Source of the DNA: Mobula hypostoma
Lineage: Eukaryota
Direction: 5' to 3'
Assembly: GCF_963921235.1 (NCBI RefSeq)
Contig: NC_086097.1
Coordinates: 142,540,001 to 142,604,000, forward strand
Length of the DNA: 64,000 bases
Below the pieces are notes generated by a model. It was not told where the DNA came from, did not search any database, and saw only the letters and a program-made list of their open reading frames with translations. A program made the position numbers and the translations under genes. This document shows, in pieces, positions 49,401 through 62,654 of this stretch (position 1 is its first letter; each line of letters starts with the position of its first letter).

Positions 49401-51491
49401 TAACATGTTCATGTGGGACTAGAAGTCAAGGTGGTTAAAGCCTTTGTTTTTAAATCATTCCAACTTTTGAGTTTCAATTTTTTTAACTGAACTCAATTTT
49501 TTAAATTGCTGTGCTGGGAGATGAACACATTGTTCTCAGTGTAGTCTCATAGCTGGGTGAGAATTTATATTTTGTGCCAAAGTCAGATATGTAGAAGAGC
49601 AGATCTGGATGGATGATTCCGAGATCCAAAAGTCTTCGGCACCTGTAAAAAAATTACAACGAGGAGAAGTTACAGGGGCTGCCTATCACTATGTAATCCC
49701 TATTAGAATAGGAGTAGAGGGTAGAATCTGGCATAGAATACCTATCCCCCCCTTCCCCCCCTCCCCATAGTGCATGAAATTGCTCAATCATTTGAAAATT
49801 GAGTAGTCTTCTGTCAAGTCTCTTCAACATAATTTAGATTGGAATTCCTGCATATTAAATACTGTGTATGTTGCAGTGTCAGATGCCTAGTATGTTGAAT
49901 GTAATGCAAGAACACAAGAAACTAAGGATATCCACATTTGAATTCATGCCTGAGATGTTTCCACTTTTAAAAGTTATGTCTCTTACAAAATTCTATGTGT
50001 GTTGAAAAGTCAAACAAAGGATTTGTCCATTTATATACCTTTGCAACATCAGGACACCCCAAAGAGCTTTACCACTAGTAAAGATCTTCTACAACATCAT
50101 CACTATTCAACCCAGTGAAATAATTTGCATATGCCAAAATGCACAACCAGCAGATGATAATCATCAGGTAACCCACTAAAGGCGACCAAAACTCAGTAGT
50201 GTAGTACCGTCTTGGCTAAGTACAACACTGTTAACACTAATTCATTTCTCAACTGTCTTGGGTGGAACCTCGAATTTCTAGCTCGAAGACTAATGTGTTA
50301 TCAACTGAGTCAAGTGTGACCAAAGTCAAAAAGCTACAAGTTGGGTCACTCCTCAGTTCAGTTCAATAACACTGAAATATTCTTGATTGTTGTAGAGAAC
50401 TTCCAGTCATGCAGTTCACTGAAGCTAAGAAAGCAAAGTCATATGAGACAAGGTAGGTGAGGTTTTCAGTTAATTGTCTTTATTGAGTTGGGTAGTATGA
50501 TAGATAAAGAAATAGGTTCTATCTTTAGCTCAGAATCCCTTGCAAATCAGAGATTCACATTCCAGACTGGTGGCAAACGAGCCTAACTGGACTGTCTGTC
50601 CACATGATAGCAGGCAAGAGCATGTTGTGATGTATCTGGTGTGGCCAAAGAAAAAATAAATGCTTCTGTTTATATAGCATTCTTTGACTCCGGATTCACC
50701 CTAAAGCAGTTTGCAGGCAAGGAAGTACTTTTCTGTTGGAAATGCAGCAGCTAATTCGTGAACGGTAAGTTCTCACAAACACTAATCTTTTCACTTACAG
50801 TTTTGATTAAAGGATGAATATGAACTAAAACACTGCAGATAGTTTGCCTATTTTTTTCCAAAATAGTGCTGTGAGACCTTGTAAGTTCACTAAAGAATGT
50901 AATCAGACATCTCTCCCAAAATGACACCAACTTACTACATATGTATATAGCCTCTTCAGTATTGCAAAAATACCCTAAAATGCATTAAAATTATCAAGCA
51001 ACATTGAAAGTCTAGCCACATAAGGATATATAAATAAAGATGGACAAATGTTAGTTCTATGGAGTTTGTCTTTATGGGATCTCATAAAAGAGGAAGGGAG
51101 GTAATGGAATGCTTTAGGGAAATTTCAGAGTTTAATGCCTCAGGATCTGAAGGCACAGCTGCCTGTGTTAGAGTAATAAAATTCAGGGATGAGCCAGGGT
51201 GGGGGTGGGGGTGGGGGGAGGTGAGGACTGTAGGTATTTTGGAGGGATAAAGACCAGAAGGAGATTACAAAGATAGTGTGGGGCAAGGCAATCAAGAGAA
51301 TTAACATCAAGGCATTCCTTAACCAGGCTCCATTAAGAATGACAGCACCACAGCAGAGCCTCGGCCTCGGCTCTGCATTGACGTGTCAGCCTAAGGTTTT
51401 TGTGCTGAAGGCTCTGGAGTAGGACTTGAGCTCACCATCTTCTGAGTCACAGGGCTACTAACTAAATCCAGACGAGATAATCTGCTGTAAA

Positions 51492-51595
51492 TCACCGTCT
51501 CACCTCACTCATATCAAGGGTGGCTGCTTAGGGTCTTTACCCCAGCAAGGTACAGACCCTAAGCAGCCACTCTTGATTTGAGTGAGGTACGGTGA
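51492..51595. repeat. Long near-perfect inverted repeat (hairpin)
   Basis: Arms of ~47-50 nt around a 7 nt loop CCAGCAA. Confidence 0.9.
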
Positions 51596-51609
51596 GGTAC
51601 AGCAAGAGG

Positions 51610-51912
51610 TTAGTGCGACAATATTATGGCTGGCTCGTGGTGTCCTGGAGTCTGGAGTTCAATTCTGGCGCCATTCTGTAAGGAGTCTCGGTATATCCTT
51701 CTGGTGGAATGCATGGATTTTCTCCAGGTCCTCCCTCCAGTTTTCTCCTAGAGTCCAAAGATGTACCGGGTAGGTTAATTGGTAATTGTAAATTGTCCCA
51801 CGATGAAGTTAGGGTTAATCAGGTTTGTCAGGTGTAGCTGGGGCAGCGTGGCTCAAAGGAATAGAAGAGTCTACTCTGCGCAGTATCGTTAAGCAAATAA
51901 ATAAATCAATAA
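51610..51912 (+). mobile_element. V-SINE-like remnant
   Basis: GAGTTCAATTC B-box, ctgtaaggagt, gtccaaagatgtaccggg..aggttaattgg..tgtaaattgtccc, AATA tail. Confidence 0.6.
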
Positions 51913-52799
51913 ACAAAATGAATGAAGGAGTAACAGTACAATTAGAGAAAGTGTGGGAGGGTATGGTTAAAAAGAGAGGAGAGCTCATGCTTTGAATTGT
52001 TGCTTTGCCTTCTGGACTTCAAACATTTCCAAAGGAAGTGATGTGTTTGGTGTTATTTTAAGTTAAGTTCACCCAAGTCATAGTTTGAATCTAAAAACAG
52101 CAATAGAAAAAAAACAAGATTGACAGTTCAAACTGAGAGTACTGAACAAATCTGTCAGGTTAACATTTGGGGAATGTATAGCTCTAGGCAACCCAAGTAA
52201 TAATCAGCTTTCCTTTGCCTAACACAGTAGTGAGGACACTAACTGATAAAATTAAATTCTGCACAATGACAGTCTTGTGTTTGTGCTGCACAATTTACGA
52301 CTGAGTTAGGAGTGAATTAGCCAACCTCGGATCTCACTTCTGATCGCTATCCTTTGTCAATAGAGCACTAGCAGGCAATTCAGCCTGTTGTCTGTGTCAC
52401 CATTCAACCACATCAGGGCTGACCTGAACTCCAGCTGTATGTAAGCCTCATTGTTCCTGATACCCTGGTTCCATTGCCTGGCATTCCCCTAGTCTTGAAG
52501 AACTTAGCCTTTTGAAGGATGGAGTTCAAGATTTCTGTTCCTTTTGTGTGAAAGTGGCTTTTTAACCTTAATTCTGCATAATCGAGCTAATTTTAAGAAC
52601 ATGCTCTCTTGTGCTGGTTCCTGAATGAGATGATTTTGTCTTTTCTGCAACCTCCACTTGGAACATTTGGCCAAACTGAGTGAGGAGAAGATTGTTGTGT
52701 ATAGTCTAACCAAATGCTTGATCTTACACAGGAGTATCTAACCCACCTGAGACTATTGTGTAAGCACCATGGCTACAGGGACTTGCGTGTTTCAAGAAG

Positions 52800-52970
52800 A
52801 TCATAAGACCATAAGATTTAGGAGCAGAATTAGGCAATTCAGCCCATCAAGTCTGCTCCATCATTCCATCATAGCTGATTTAGTATCTCTCTCAATGCCA
52901 TTCTCCTGCCTTTCTCCCATTACTTTTGACACCCTGACTAATCAAGAACCTATCAACCTCTGCTTTAAAT
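52800..52970 (-). mobile_element. CR1 3' terminal fragment
   Basis: cataagaccataag..ggagcagaattaggc..ccatcatagctgattt matches the other CR1 tails. Confidence 0.7.
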
Positions 52971-53819
52971 CCTTCCGCTTTCAGAAACTATGGCATGCTT
53001 GCCAAATCCCATTCTTGCTTGCGATATCTGGCACTTTGAAACTAATTGAATACCAGTGGAACTTCGCCTTCAGAAAGTAACATTTCTGGACAGAAGTAGT
53101 GAAAAGAATTGGTAAGATGAATATAAGATCGGAAAAGTATAAACTGTTTTATCCACGAGAAAGGGGGCGTATTCTGTTGTGTTAAATTGTGTTTAGCTCA
53201 GTCAGAATCTTTGTCATGGAGTTAAAGAGTGCAATCTTGAGCCTCACTCCACAGTCATAAGCACATCATCTAATGCAACACTTTAGAACTTCACTGTGTG
53301 TGAGCTGCATGGCTGATTGTGTCATGTATGAAATGTTACATTGGCACTCCATCTGCACTCTTAAATGGATATAAAGGATCACATAGCATTGTACCGAGAT
53401 ACACAATGCTGGAGGAACTCAGCAGCTCAGATAGCGTCTATGGAGGCGAATAAACAGCTGACTGTTTCTTCCAGCATTTTGTGCGTTATTCTGGATTTCC
53501 AGAATCTGCTGAATATTTTGTGTTTAAGTCTTGAGATGTTGCAATAGTTTGCTGACAAACTGAATTTACACCTCCATCAACAATATCAAGTACACAACAT
53601 TCATCTTCATCGATATGTGTGGGATATTGGCAAACATAAATCGACTTCTTTTATATAATTGTAACTACCACGTTAGTATAAAAATAATTTGCTGTCAAAT
53701 TATATGAGAGCTTCTCTATAAAAATCAGTTCTTATTCTCTTTGAGGTTTTCCTTTAGTAAAACAATCCAACAAATCAGTTTAATTTGATGTTTAATAGTT
53801 AGACAATTTAAAATCGCAA

Positions 53820-54120
53820 GCGTGTGTGGTGCAGCTTTAAGAGACCACGCTCGGGAACGGGATTATTATCTCCCGGGGAGTTATAATACTGCAGCTCCCA
53901 GCCAATCACCATGAAAGTATGTTCCCCCTACCTTTTCCCCTCCCTACATTAGTACCACGTGGGGTGGAGGTTTAACTCCCTCCCTTTTTTTTGTTGAAGA
54001 TATTGAAAAGTGACGAAGTGATTGAGTCATTGAAAGACGAGAACGAGAGAGGGGTAAAAAGAGACGGGAATCATAAGAGAGTGGGGCTGAAAACCAGAGG
54101 GAAACAGTACACACGTGAGT
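53820..54120 (+). promoter_or_regulatory. Putative promoter and non-coding first exon of an unidentified downstream gene
   Basis: Repeat-free, locally CpG-retaining. CCAAT 53902, CACGTG 53956, TGAGTCA 54023, donor GTGAGT 54115-54120, then GT-rich intron-like sequence. Confidence 0.45.
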
Positions 54121-56419
54121 AAGAGAAGCTTATTCACTCTAAGGTTTCGGGCTTGTCCAGTTTGTGATTTAAGATCTGTCTGCTCTTGTGTGTGGAGTGG
54201 GGGGAGGGGGTTATTAAGGTTTGCCTTGTGCGAAGTGAAGGATCGCTTGATGTACTGTGAGACCGAAGACTTTTTTTTTGCCTAGTGTGAGACTGGAGGT
54301 TTCTGGCTCTCCAGTGCAGTTTCATCTTTCCTTGTGCGCTTTTTAGAGTTTATCCAGTGCGCGTGTAATGTTTCCCTTGTGTGAGATTGAATGTTTGTCT
54401 AGTTTTGGGTGCATTAGTTTGCTGTGTAGTGTAGAGTTTGTTCAGTGTAGGGACAGTCTGCCTGGTCAGCGGCATAATGTTTTCCAGTGCGGAGTTAATT
54501 TACCTGGGGTATAATATCCGTGGGGCGAGGTGGGTCTTTTTTTCTTCTTGTAGCTATAACGTTTGTCCGACAAGGGGGTGAGTTTATCTGGCGCGGGGAT
54601 TTCTGTTGGTCTGGTTTGGCATTTAGGACCGTGATTAATCTGTGCCTGGTGTGGACTTTATGGTCTCCCTGTGCGAGATTCGGTGTTTGCCTGGGTGGCA
54701 TTTATGGTTTGCCTGGTGGCGGTTTGACGATCTGTTCAGTGCGTGGTTTGGAGTTTCCTTTGTGGTGTCTTCTATCTGTCTCAAGAGTGAGTTCTAGTCT
54801 CTCTTGGGCTCGGTAGATAGCTCTCTCTTGTCTATGTTAATGGTAGGTAACTGGAACCCACAACCAGGAGAGGAGGTGGGAAGTAGAGGCATTTGAATCA
54901 GCAGCTAAGCATGCAGAGAATTGAGGAATATAGATTACAAGCATATGTGTAGTTTAAATTGGCGTCAGGGTGGGTACAGACATCGTGTGTGGAAGGGCTT
55001 GTTCCTGCTTTATATATTGTGTGCACCCTCATTTGCCACCTTGTGAAGTTGCCATACTGCTAACACTGGCTCCAGGTCTAGGAGCAGAATTGTCTGATAC
55101 CAGGACAAAAAGAGATTACCATGGTACCTAACTTCATAAAACTCTTCATGATTTCCTGTTGCTTCTGCCTTCCAGTTCTCCATTGCTTTTGCAACACTTG
55201 GGTTATGTCCTGGACTCTCTCCTCAGAGTAGTACAACTCTGACATCAGTACCGCCAAGGACCTCAATCAAACCACAACTGGAGGACACCCTAAACTAAAC
55301 CAGACCTGAAATTCAAGCCACAGCTAACCAAACCTGCATACTGAGCTGAACCAATCTGCGCAGAGCACCAGAACATGAATTTAATTGATTCAGAGCTGGA
55401 GGCTGATCAGGGGCAGAATGCAACCCCTTTTTTCCCTGGTAAGTGGAGCACTCCAGACAGCAGAGGCCACCTGTCTTGTTATAATATCTCTTATAAGATT
55501 TCAAAGTCAGTATGTCCAAAAATAATTTTTAAAAAACTACATGTTTGGTGTCTTTTACCAACTCCAGAGTTGCAGTTGCTTTGGGTTAATGAAGTATAGT
55601 CTTTGTGGGGTCAGTTTGGCAGACAATTGCTTGTCCAGCAAAATCCCACTGTAAGCATGAAAATAATGATGCTGGGCCACATTGCAGAGAGTGAATTGTA
55701 GAAAACTGATGACGGAGCTGTAGAGTACAAAGAACTGAGTCCTCTTCCTGGGGTCTTTCACCAGATACCCTCCACCATATTGGACAAATTTGAATGAATG
55801 CTGGTACTCAGCTTGAGTTCCAATTACCAGCAAGATCCCAAATTTTCCTGGTTTTGTTGGTAGCAATAATGGCTTTCAATTCATTCTCTCTATAACTTGT
55901 TCTCCTGAGAAAGTGAACTTTTTGATCCACTTCTCAAGACATTTAGATACAGCTGAGTTTTAGGTCTGTTACTTTGGAGGTCAATCATGAGTTGAGCTCA
56001 TTCATGTGGAACTAGTTTGAATTCTCCGAGTTCTGTGACTGGAATATTTGTCGAAATACTGCATTTAGTTTGTGTACATTCGAACCGTTGGTTGCTATTC
56101 TCTGCTCACGACTCATTCCCTGTGTGCAAATCTGTGTTTAGGGTCAGTCTGTTCTGTGACAATGTCTCGGGTGGCATTGACAGGTCACATTTAGGAAGGG
56201 TAAAAGGAGAGTTTGTGGGAATGTAACTCAACAAATGTTAACAGTGTCAGTGGACAAATTTAACAGTTGTTGGGAAATAGGAAGGGATATTGAGAAGTCC
56301 TTCAGGTCATGACTCCTTTTGTGGTTTGCTTGAGCTTGTTTGAAATCTGCGATTCATTTTGCACTGGTTATTTATAAAGTTATAATCATTCCAATTTGAC
56401 TTCTTTGGATGATACTGTT

Positions 56420-56975
56420 AAATCCTGCAGAGCAAGAGTGTAATATTCTCAACACTACAATGCATTTATTTTATAGATGGACCATAGAAAGCATCATGTC
56501 TGGATGCATTACAGCCTTAGTATGACAACAGCTCTGCCCAAGTCCACAAGAACTTGCTGTGAGTTACCAATGCAGCCTGGTCCATTACACAAATCAACCT
56601 CCACTGACTCTGTCTACTTCCTGCTGCCTTATAAAAACCACTAACATAATCAGTGACCCCTCACACCCAGTCATTCTCTCTTCTCCTCTCTTCTGTCTGG
56701 CAGAAGATGTAAAATTCTGAGAGCACAAATGACCAGACTCGAGAGTAGCTTCTATCACACTCTTATCAGAGTACTGAGTGGACCCTCATGATAAAGATGA
56801 ATTATTGCTCTCCCATTTGATCTCGTCATGAGCCTTGGACTTTATTTGTCTACCTGCACTGCAACACTATATTCTGCACCGTTTGCTTTTCACTACCTCA
56901 CTGTAATGATCTGTCTGCAAGGCACACTAAAGCTTTTCACGGTATTTTGCTTTATGTACAAATAATAAACCAATG
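56420..56975 (+). mobile_element. Rex-Babar 3' remnant
   Basis: accatagaaagcatc..tggatgcattacagc; LLSGRRCKILRAQMTRL. Confidence 0.65.
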
Positions 56976-57619
56976 CCAAGTCCCTAACCCCACAGATCTT
57001 CTACAGGACCTATTATTAATTAAGTTAACTTTTATAATCGACGTGGCTTTGCTAGGAGCACAAGTTACCTGAGTTACTAAGCAATGAGTTCAAGACCTGC
57101 TCCAAATCTGTTGCTGTTCTGCGGTGCTGAAGGAGTGGTGGACAGTTGGAGGTGGTGGCCAGGAATTAGGTTTTAAACCAAGGTCCCTCCTGCTCTAGCA
57201 GTAGGATGTAAGAAGCAAGGGAGTTACCCTTAGTGTCCTGTCCAATAGCTGCTTTGCAAACAGTTCCACAGAAATAAATTATCTTGTCATTTTTTGCTTT
57301 ACTATAATGTCCAAACTTCAAAATTACTTTGGCTGAAACTTGCTTTCAGATGTCATGAACATATTATAAAATGAAAGTTGCTTGATACCATGTCGTAGCA
57401 GTCCTCTTGTAGAGTCCAAACAGCCAATTCAACAGCATGTATCATGGAGTCCTTGTACAGTGCTAATTCTTACTCAACACTTCAATCCGACTCTAGAGCA
57501 GAGGCCCCTGAGCATGATTAAAGATGGGAGTCTCCCATCTCAAGTATTTTATCATTGAAGCCAGCTAGCGCTCAGCCTAATTCTTTGATGTGCAAACCTA
57601 GATCAAAGTATGACTTCTG

Positions 57620-58232
57620 TTGCAGGTTGAATCATGCAATGTTAGCATTCAGTTCATAAGGACTAGAATATAAAAATAAGGATGAAATGTTGAGGCTGTA
57701 TAAGACATTGGTCAGACCGCATTTGGAATATTATGAGCAGATAAGGGGCCCAATCTAAGAAAAGGTGGAGAGGGTCTATTGGATGTCATGAGAATCTTTC
57801 CAAAAATGAAAGGATTAATGTATGAGGAACGTTTGATGGCTGTGGGCCTGTACTTGCTGGAGTTTGCAAGAATGGGGGGAAAGTTAAATATTGAAAGGCC
57901 TAGACAGAGTGGATGTGGAGAGGATATTTCTGATAGTGGGGTAGTCTAGGACCAGGGCACAGAATAGAGGAATGTCCATTTAGAACAGATGAAGAGGAAT
58001 TTCTGTAACCAGAGGGTACTGAATGTGTGGAATTCATTGCCACAGACGGATGTGGAGGCAAAGTCATTGGATATCTTTAAAGCAGAGCTAATTCTTGATT
58101 AGTCAGGGTGTCAAAGGTTACGGGGAGAAGGCAGGAGAATGGGGTTGAGATGGATAATAAATCAGCCATAATGAAATGGCAGAGCAGAGCCAATAAGCTG
58201 AATAGCCTAATTCTGCTCTTCGGTCTTATGAG
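57620..58232 (+). mobile_element. Degenerate CR1 3' fragment
   Basis: LRLYKTLVRPHLEYYEQ followed by the CR1 3' UTR. Confidence 0.8.
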
Positions 58233-59199
58233 ATCTCAGTGTATAGCTAAATCTGAAAGTTCGGTCCCTATTTTAGAGGTTCAGTGCCATGGTTAGGCTG
58301 ACAGTTCAGTGCAAAGTTGAAGGAAGGCAGCACTTTTGGAGTTGTTAATTTTTCAGCAGAGGCATTAAAACTATGATGTAAAAGATTGCATGCGACTGTT
58401 CAATAAAAGGTAGCAATTACTTTCCTAAGATTAGATCAACGTTAGTAGAATAGATTAGGTAGCCATTTATGTCAGGTTGTGGAATCTTACTGTGTGCAAT
58501 TCAGTTGCTACCTTTCCTCAGCAGTAACACACATTCAGATACTGTATGGGTGCCCTAAGGTTGTGTTGGGTGATTATGGTATTTTGTCTATATAAAACCA
58601 ATTACTTGTGAAAATCTTAAATCAGAGCAACTCTGGGGAAAGAAACATTTTAAGTGCAATGAACTGGATTAAGGAACATTGAAATTGGTTTCTTTAGTTC
58701 TGTGAAATAAGCTCTGTGTGAGGTGGTAAGAGTGTTTAAGATGACGACTGTCTGCTGAATTGCAAATAATTTATGCTCTATCAGAGGCCACTCGTTACTG
58801 GAGGAATGGTGGTATTTTGGTTAAAAGGGCAGATTACTAATCTTCAAAATTCTGATTAATAATACGGGGCATAAGTTCGAATAGCAATTGGGGAATTTAA
58901 GTTCAATTAATTAAATGTCTGAATGGATATTTGGAGCAAATGGGGAATTGAAGAATTATGAGGACCATGCAGGAAAGTGGAGGGCAAAATCAAATTTGCC
59001 ATGATCTTATTGAATGGAGAGGTTTGAGAGGCTTTTGTAGTTTATTCTTGGTATGATTTATGATATGATTGTTAAATTCTTGTCACTTTGCTCCATGAAA
59101 ATCAGTCATTCATCCGGTTTGCCTCATTCCTCATCACCTGGGGTGGGGTGGACTGTCGAAGTTGCTAGAAAAGACCTTCTAGTCAACCTTCTTCCAGAG

Positions 59200-61080
59200 T
59201 GCATCTGAGGAAGTTTTGTACCTTTTGGACAACAAGGTGACAAAGAGCTCTTCGAGCAGTCAGGAGAAATGGCAAAGACCTCTGCACACAAAACAGCCAG
59301 GAACACCTGTCCAACAAACCAAAGCATATGTGGCTAGGCGTCAAGGGCATTACTGACTATGCAAGGAAAAACGGTCAACTGTATTAGTGATGCCTACTTC
59401 CCTGATGTTCTAACAACTTTTGTGCATGCTTTAAGGCATGCAGCACAACCCTCCCCACCCCGGTGAGTAGCCATTCTCTGTAACAGTAGCAGATGTTAGA
59501 AGAACTCTGCAGAGAGTCGACCCCTGTAAGGCAGCTGGGCCAGACAACACCCCACCCTAGGCTGAGTACTTGGGGTTTGTGCACACCAGCCCACTGATGT
59601 CTTCACAGACATCTTCTTCAACACTTCCCTCATTCAGGTTCCTGTCCCCACATGCTTCACATCAGCAACCGTCATCTCGGTACCAAAGAACTCAACATCC
59701 TCAGAGCTAAACGACCTCTGTGTGGTGGCAATGACACCAATCATTATGAAGTGCTTTGCGCATATTAAAGACTCCATTCCGGCCACATTGGACACTCACC
59801 AATATGCTTACCAACAGAACCACTCTATGACAGATGCCATAGTATCTGTTGTGCACTTGACTCTGACACACCTAGAAAACAAGGACACTGATGTCAAAAT
59901 GCTGTTTCTGGATTTCAGTTTGGCATTCAACACTGTTGTCCCACAGATGTTGGTGATCAAACTCCTACTCCTCGGTCTCAATACTCCACTGTGCAACTGG
60001 GGGTTGGACTTTCTAACCAACAGATCTCAGGTGCTCGGGATGCACAACTGATCCTCCCTTCTCATCGTCCTCAGTTTGTGTCTCCCCAGGGCTGTGTGCT
60101 GAGCCCATTGCAGTACACTCTGCTCACACATGAGTGCACGGCCAGACACTTGAGTAATCACTTCGTTAAGTTTGCCAATGACACGGCAGTGGTGGGGCTC
60201 GTCACCAATAACAATGAGATGGCTGATACAGAGGAGGTGGAAGAACTTGAGGTCTGGTGCCAGGCAAATAACCCCTTCCTCAGTGTTAACAAGACAAACA
60301 AGATGGTTATCGATTTCAGGACAACTCATAACCCACTTTACATCAACGGCACAGCAGTGGAAACTCCTAGCATTTCCAAACTCCTAGGAGTGCACATCTT
60401 GCACAATCTCTCATGGCCCCAGAACACATCCTACACAATCAGGAAAGCTCACCAAATGTCTGTACTTTCTGAGGAAGCTGAAGAGGGCAGGCCTATGTGC
60501 ATCTATACTCGTGTCCTTCAACAGATGCATAGCAGAGAGTATCATAACCTGCCGTATCACTGCATGGTACAAAAACTGCACTGCAATGGATAGGAAGTCT
60601 CTACAACGGGTAGTCAAAACTGCCCAACATGTCACCAGCATCAGCCTACCTGCCATTATGTAGAAAGGTGCCAGAAAAGGGCCAGTAACATGAAGGATCC
60701 CACTCGCCCTGTTTGTGGATTGTTTGTCCCGCTCACATCAGGAAGGAGGGTACATAGGATCCACAACAGGACCACTAGACTCTAAAACAGTTAGTTTCCC
60801 CAAGCAAAGAGGCTGACCAACACCTCCATCCAATTAACCCAGCCCTCCACGATCCCCCCCCACACCATCATTCATCATGTCCTGTCAAAATCACCTTGTG
60901 TACGGACACTCCTGTGCCTAGCACCACTTTATGTACGTACAATCAGTCTAAGTATATAAGCTATCTTGTGTATTTATATTTGTATCTCTCTATCTTATTA
61001 TGTTTTCTTTGTGCTGTAGTGGATCCAGGGTAAGAATTATTTTGTTCTCCTTTAACCTTGAAGTCTGGCAATGACAGTAA
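59200..61080 (+). mobile_element. Degenerate Rex-Babar LINE
   Basis: KAAGPDN, LDTHQYAY, KMLFLDFSLAFNTVVP, PQGCVLSP, KFANDTAVVGL. Confidence 0.88.
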
Positions 61081-61969
61081 ACAGTTCGAGATCAGCAGCA
61101 GCTGCAAGTTTCCCTACAAGCTGTGCTCCAAGATTATCTTTGTTACTTCATTGTCAAAATTGTTGAAGTCCCAACCCAAAATCATTGTTGGAGCACTTTC
61201 ACTGTGACTGTCGCGGTTTAACGAGCGACTTCACTGTTGCCTCTCGGGCAAATTGAGGATGGTGATTTAAAAGCTATCAAAAGCATCCACACCCTAAGTA
61301 GAAACAAAAAAAGAAAACCAATTATTAAATTCCCACTTCAGTACAAATGTATATGAGCAAAGTGCAATGTGTTCCTTTTCTAGTTTGGATTCCAACCCCT
61401 GTTTCTGTGTTCTGGGGCTTAGTTACATTTTTCCGATGAATTTGCTGGATACAGAACATGTGCAGGCCTTGCCTGACCTTTCGGCTCTTTCCCATCCCCC
61501 TACGAGCCTGAGGGCGCAGACACCAGCAGTTGCAATTTCATTGATGTCCTGCCTGTGTTCAGCTAACTAAAATCAGATTGCAATGTCAAACCTTTGGAGT
61601 TTTTTTGCTTGGCTTGGCTCAGTACCATATCAGATGGAACAGTTGCCTATTAGACAAGCCTGAATTAAAAAGCAGTTTTAAACCCCGACATGCTGAGAAA
61701 AGAAATGGGCGTCATTTTTCCTCAGCGACACACCTGAAGCCAACTTTAGACCCAGAACTTCAATGCCAACAAGTTTTTTTGCTTTGTATTTCAAAGCAGA
61801 GAGCCAGTAAAGAGTTACATCAGTTTCTGTATAAACAATTGGAACTCCCCTCCTGGTGAGATAATTAATCCCAGGACATGGCTTTCAATAAAAAGGCCTG
61901 CATTCAATGCCCCTTCACAGTTGCCCTTAAGGAAGTTACGGTGGGTCTTTCTCTTGAACAACTGATTTT

Positions 61970-62430
61970 CTATGAGAGGAAAAAGACCAAGTACTCTGAA
62001 CTGGCAACTGAAGCTGCCCAGAATGGCTGGAAGACCAAGATTTCCCCTGTAGAAGTGGGATGCAGGGGATTCATTGCTGCATCTACGACCAGTCTATTGA
62101 AGAAGATGGAGGTGAGGGGTCACTCCCTCCAACAAACAATCAAGGCCTTGTCAAACGCAGCAGAAGAAAGCAGTGACTGGATTTGGATTAAAAGGAAAGA
62201 CAACAACTGGGTTGCAAGATGGAGGGTATGGAACTGAGGGGGGTGTATCTGCGATGCCAGGTAGCACCGTTGAGCCCTCTGGAGACATCGTGGGCTTATC
62301 AACAAACCGTCAAAGAAGGAGGGTGCCCAGCTAAAGACCCCGATGACAGACCTACCTTCCTTGTCACCACTCCAAGCCCACTGCCAACATCGAGAGTGCC
62401 GACTTACCATAGGGATCGAAACATCAAGTC
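61970..62430 (+). mobile_element. HERO-like (restriction-like endonuclease) non-LTR retrotransposon 3' fragment
   Basis: YERKKTKYSELATEAAQNGWKTKISPVEVGCRGF..AEESSDWIWIKR matches the RLE C-terminal signature (K..KY..L, PVEVGCRG) recalled for HERO elements. Confidence 0.75.
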
Positions 62431-62654
62431 CTAGTAGCTCTACTGTAGTTGTGCTTATTGTTAGACCAGTCAAGTCGTCTCGGCTGTATGTGGAGGTGTT
62501 GAAGCAGGTAAGCAGAATTCAGCGGGTCATTTGAAAATCCTTTACCTATAATTCCAGCACTGCTGTCTATTCTTTAGCAGTTAGATTTTTCAATACCCAG
62601 AAAACTTGAGTGGCCGTGTTCGTGACATGATGATTAATTATCAGATGCACAAAA

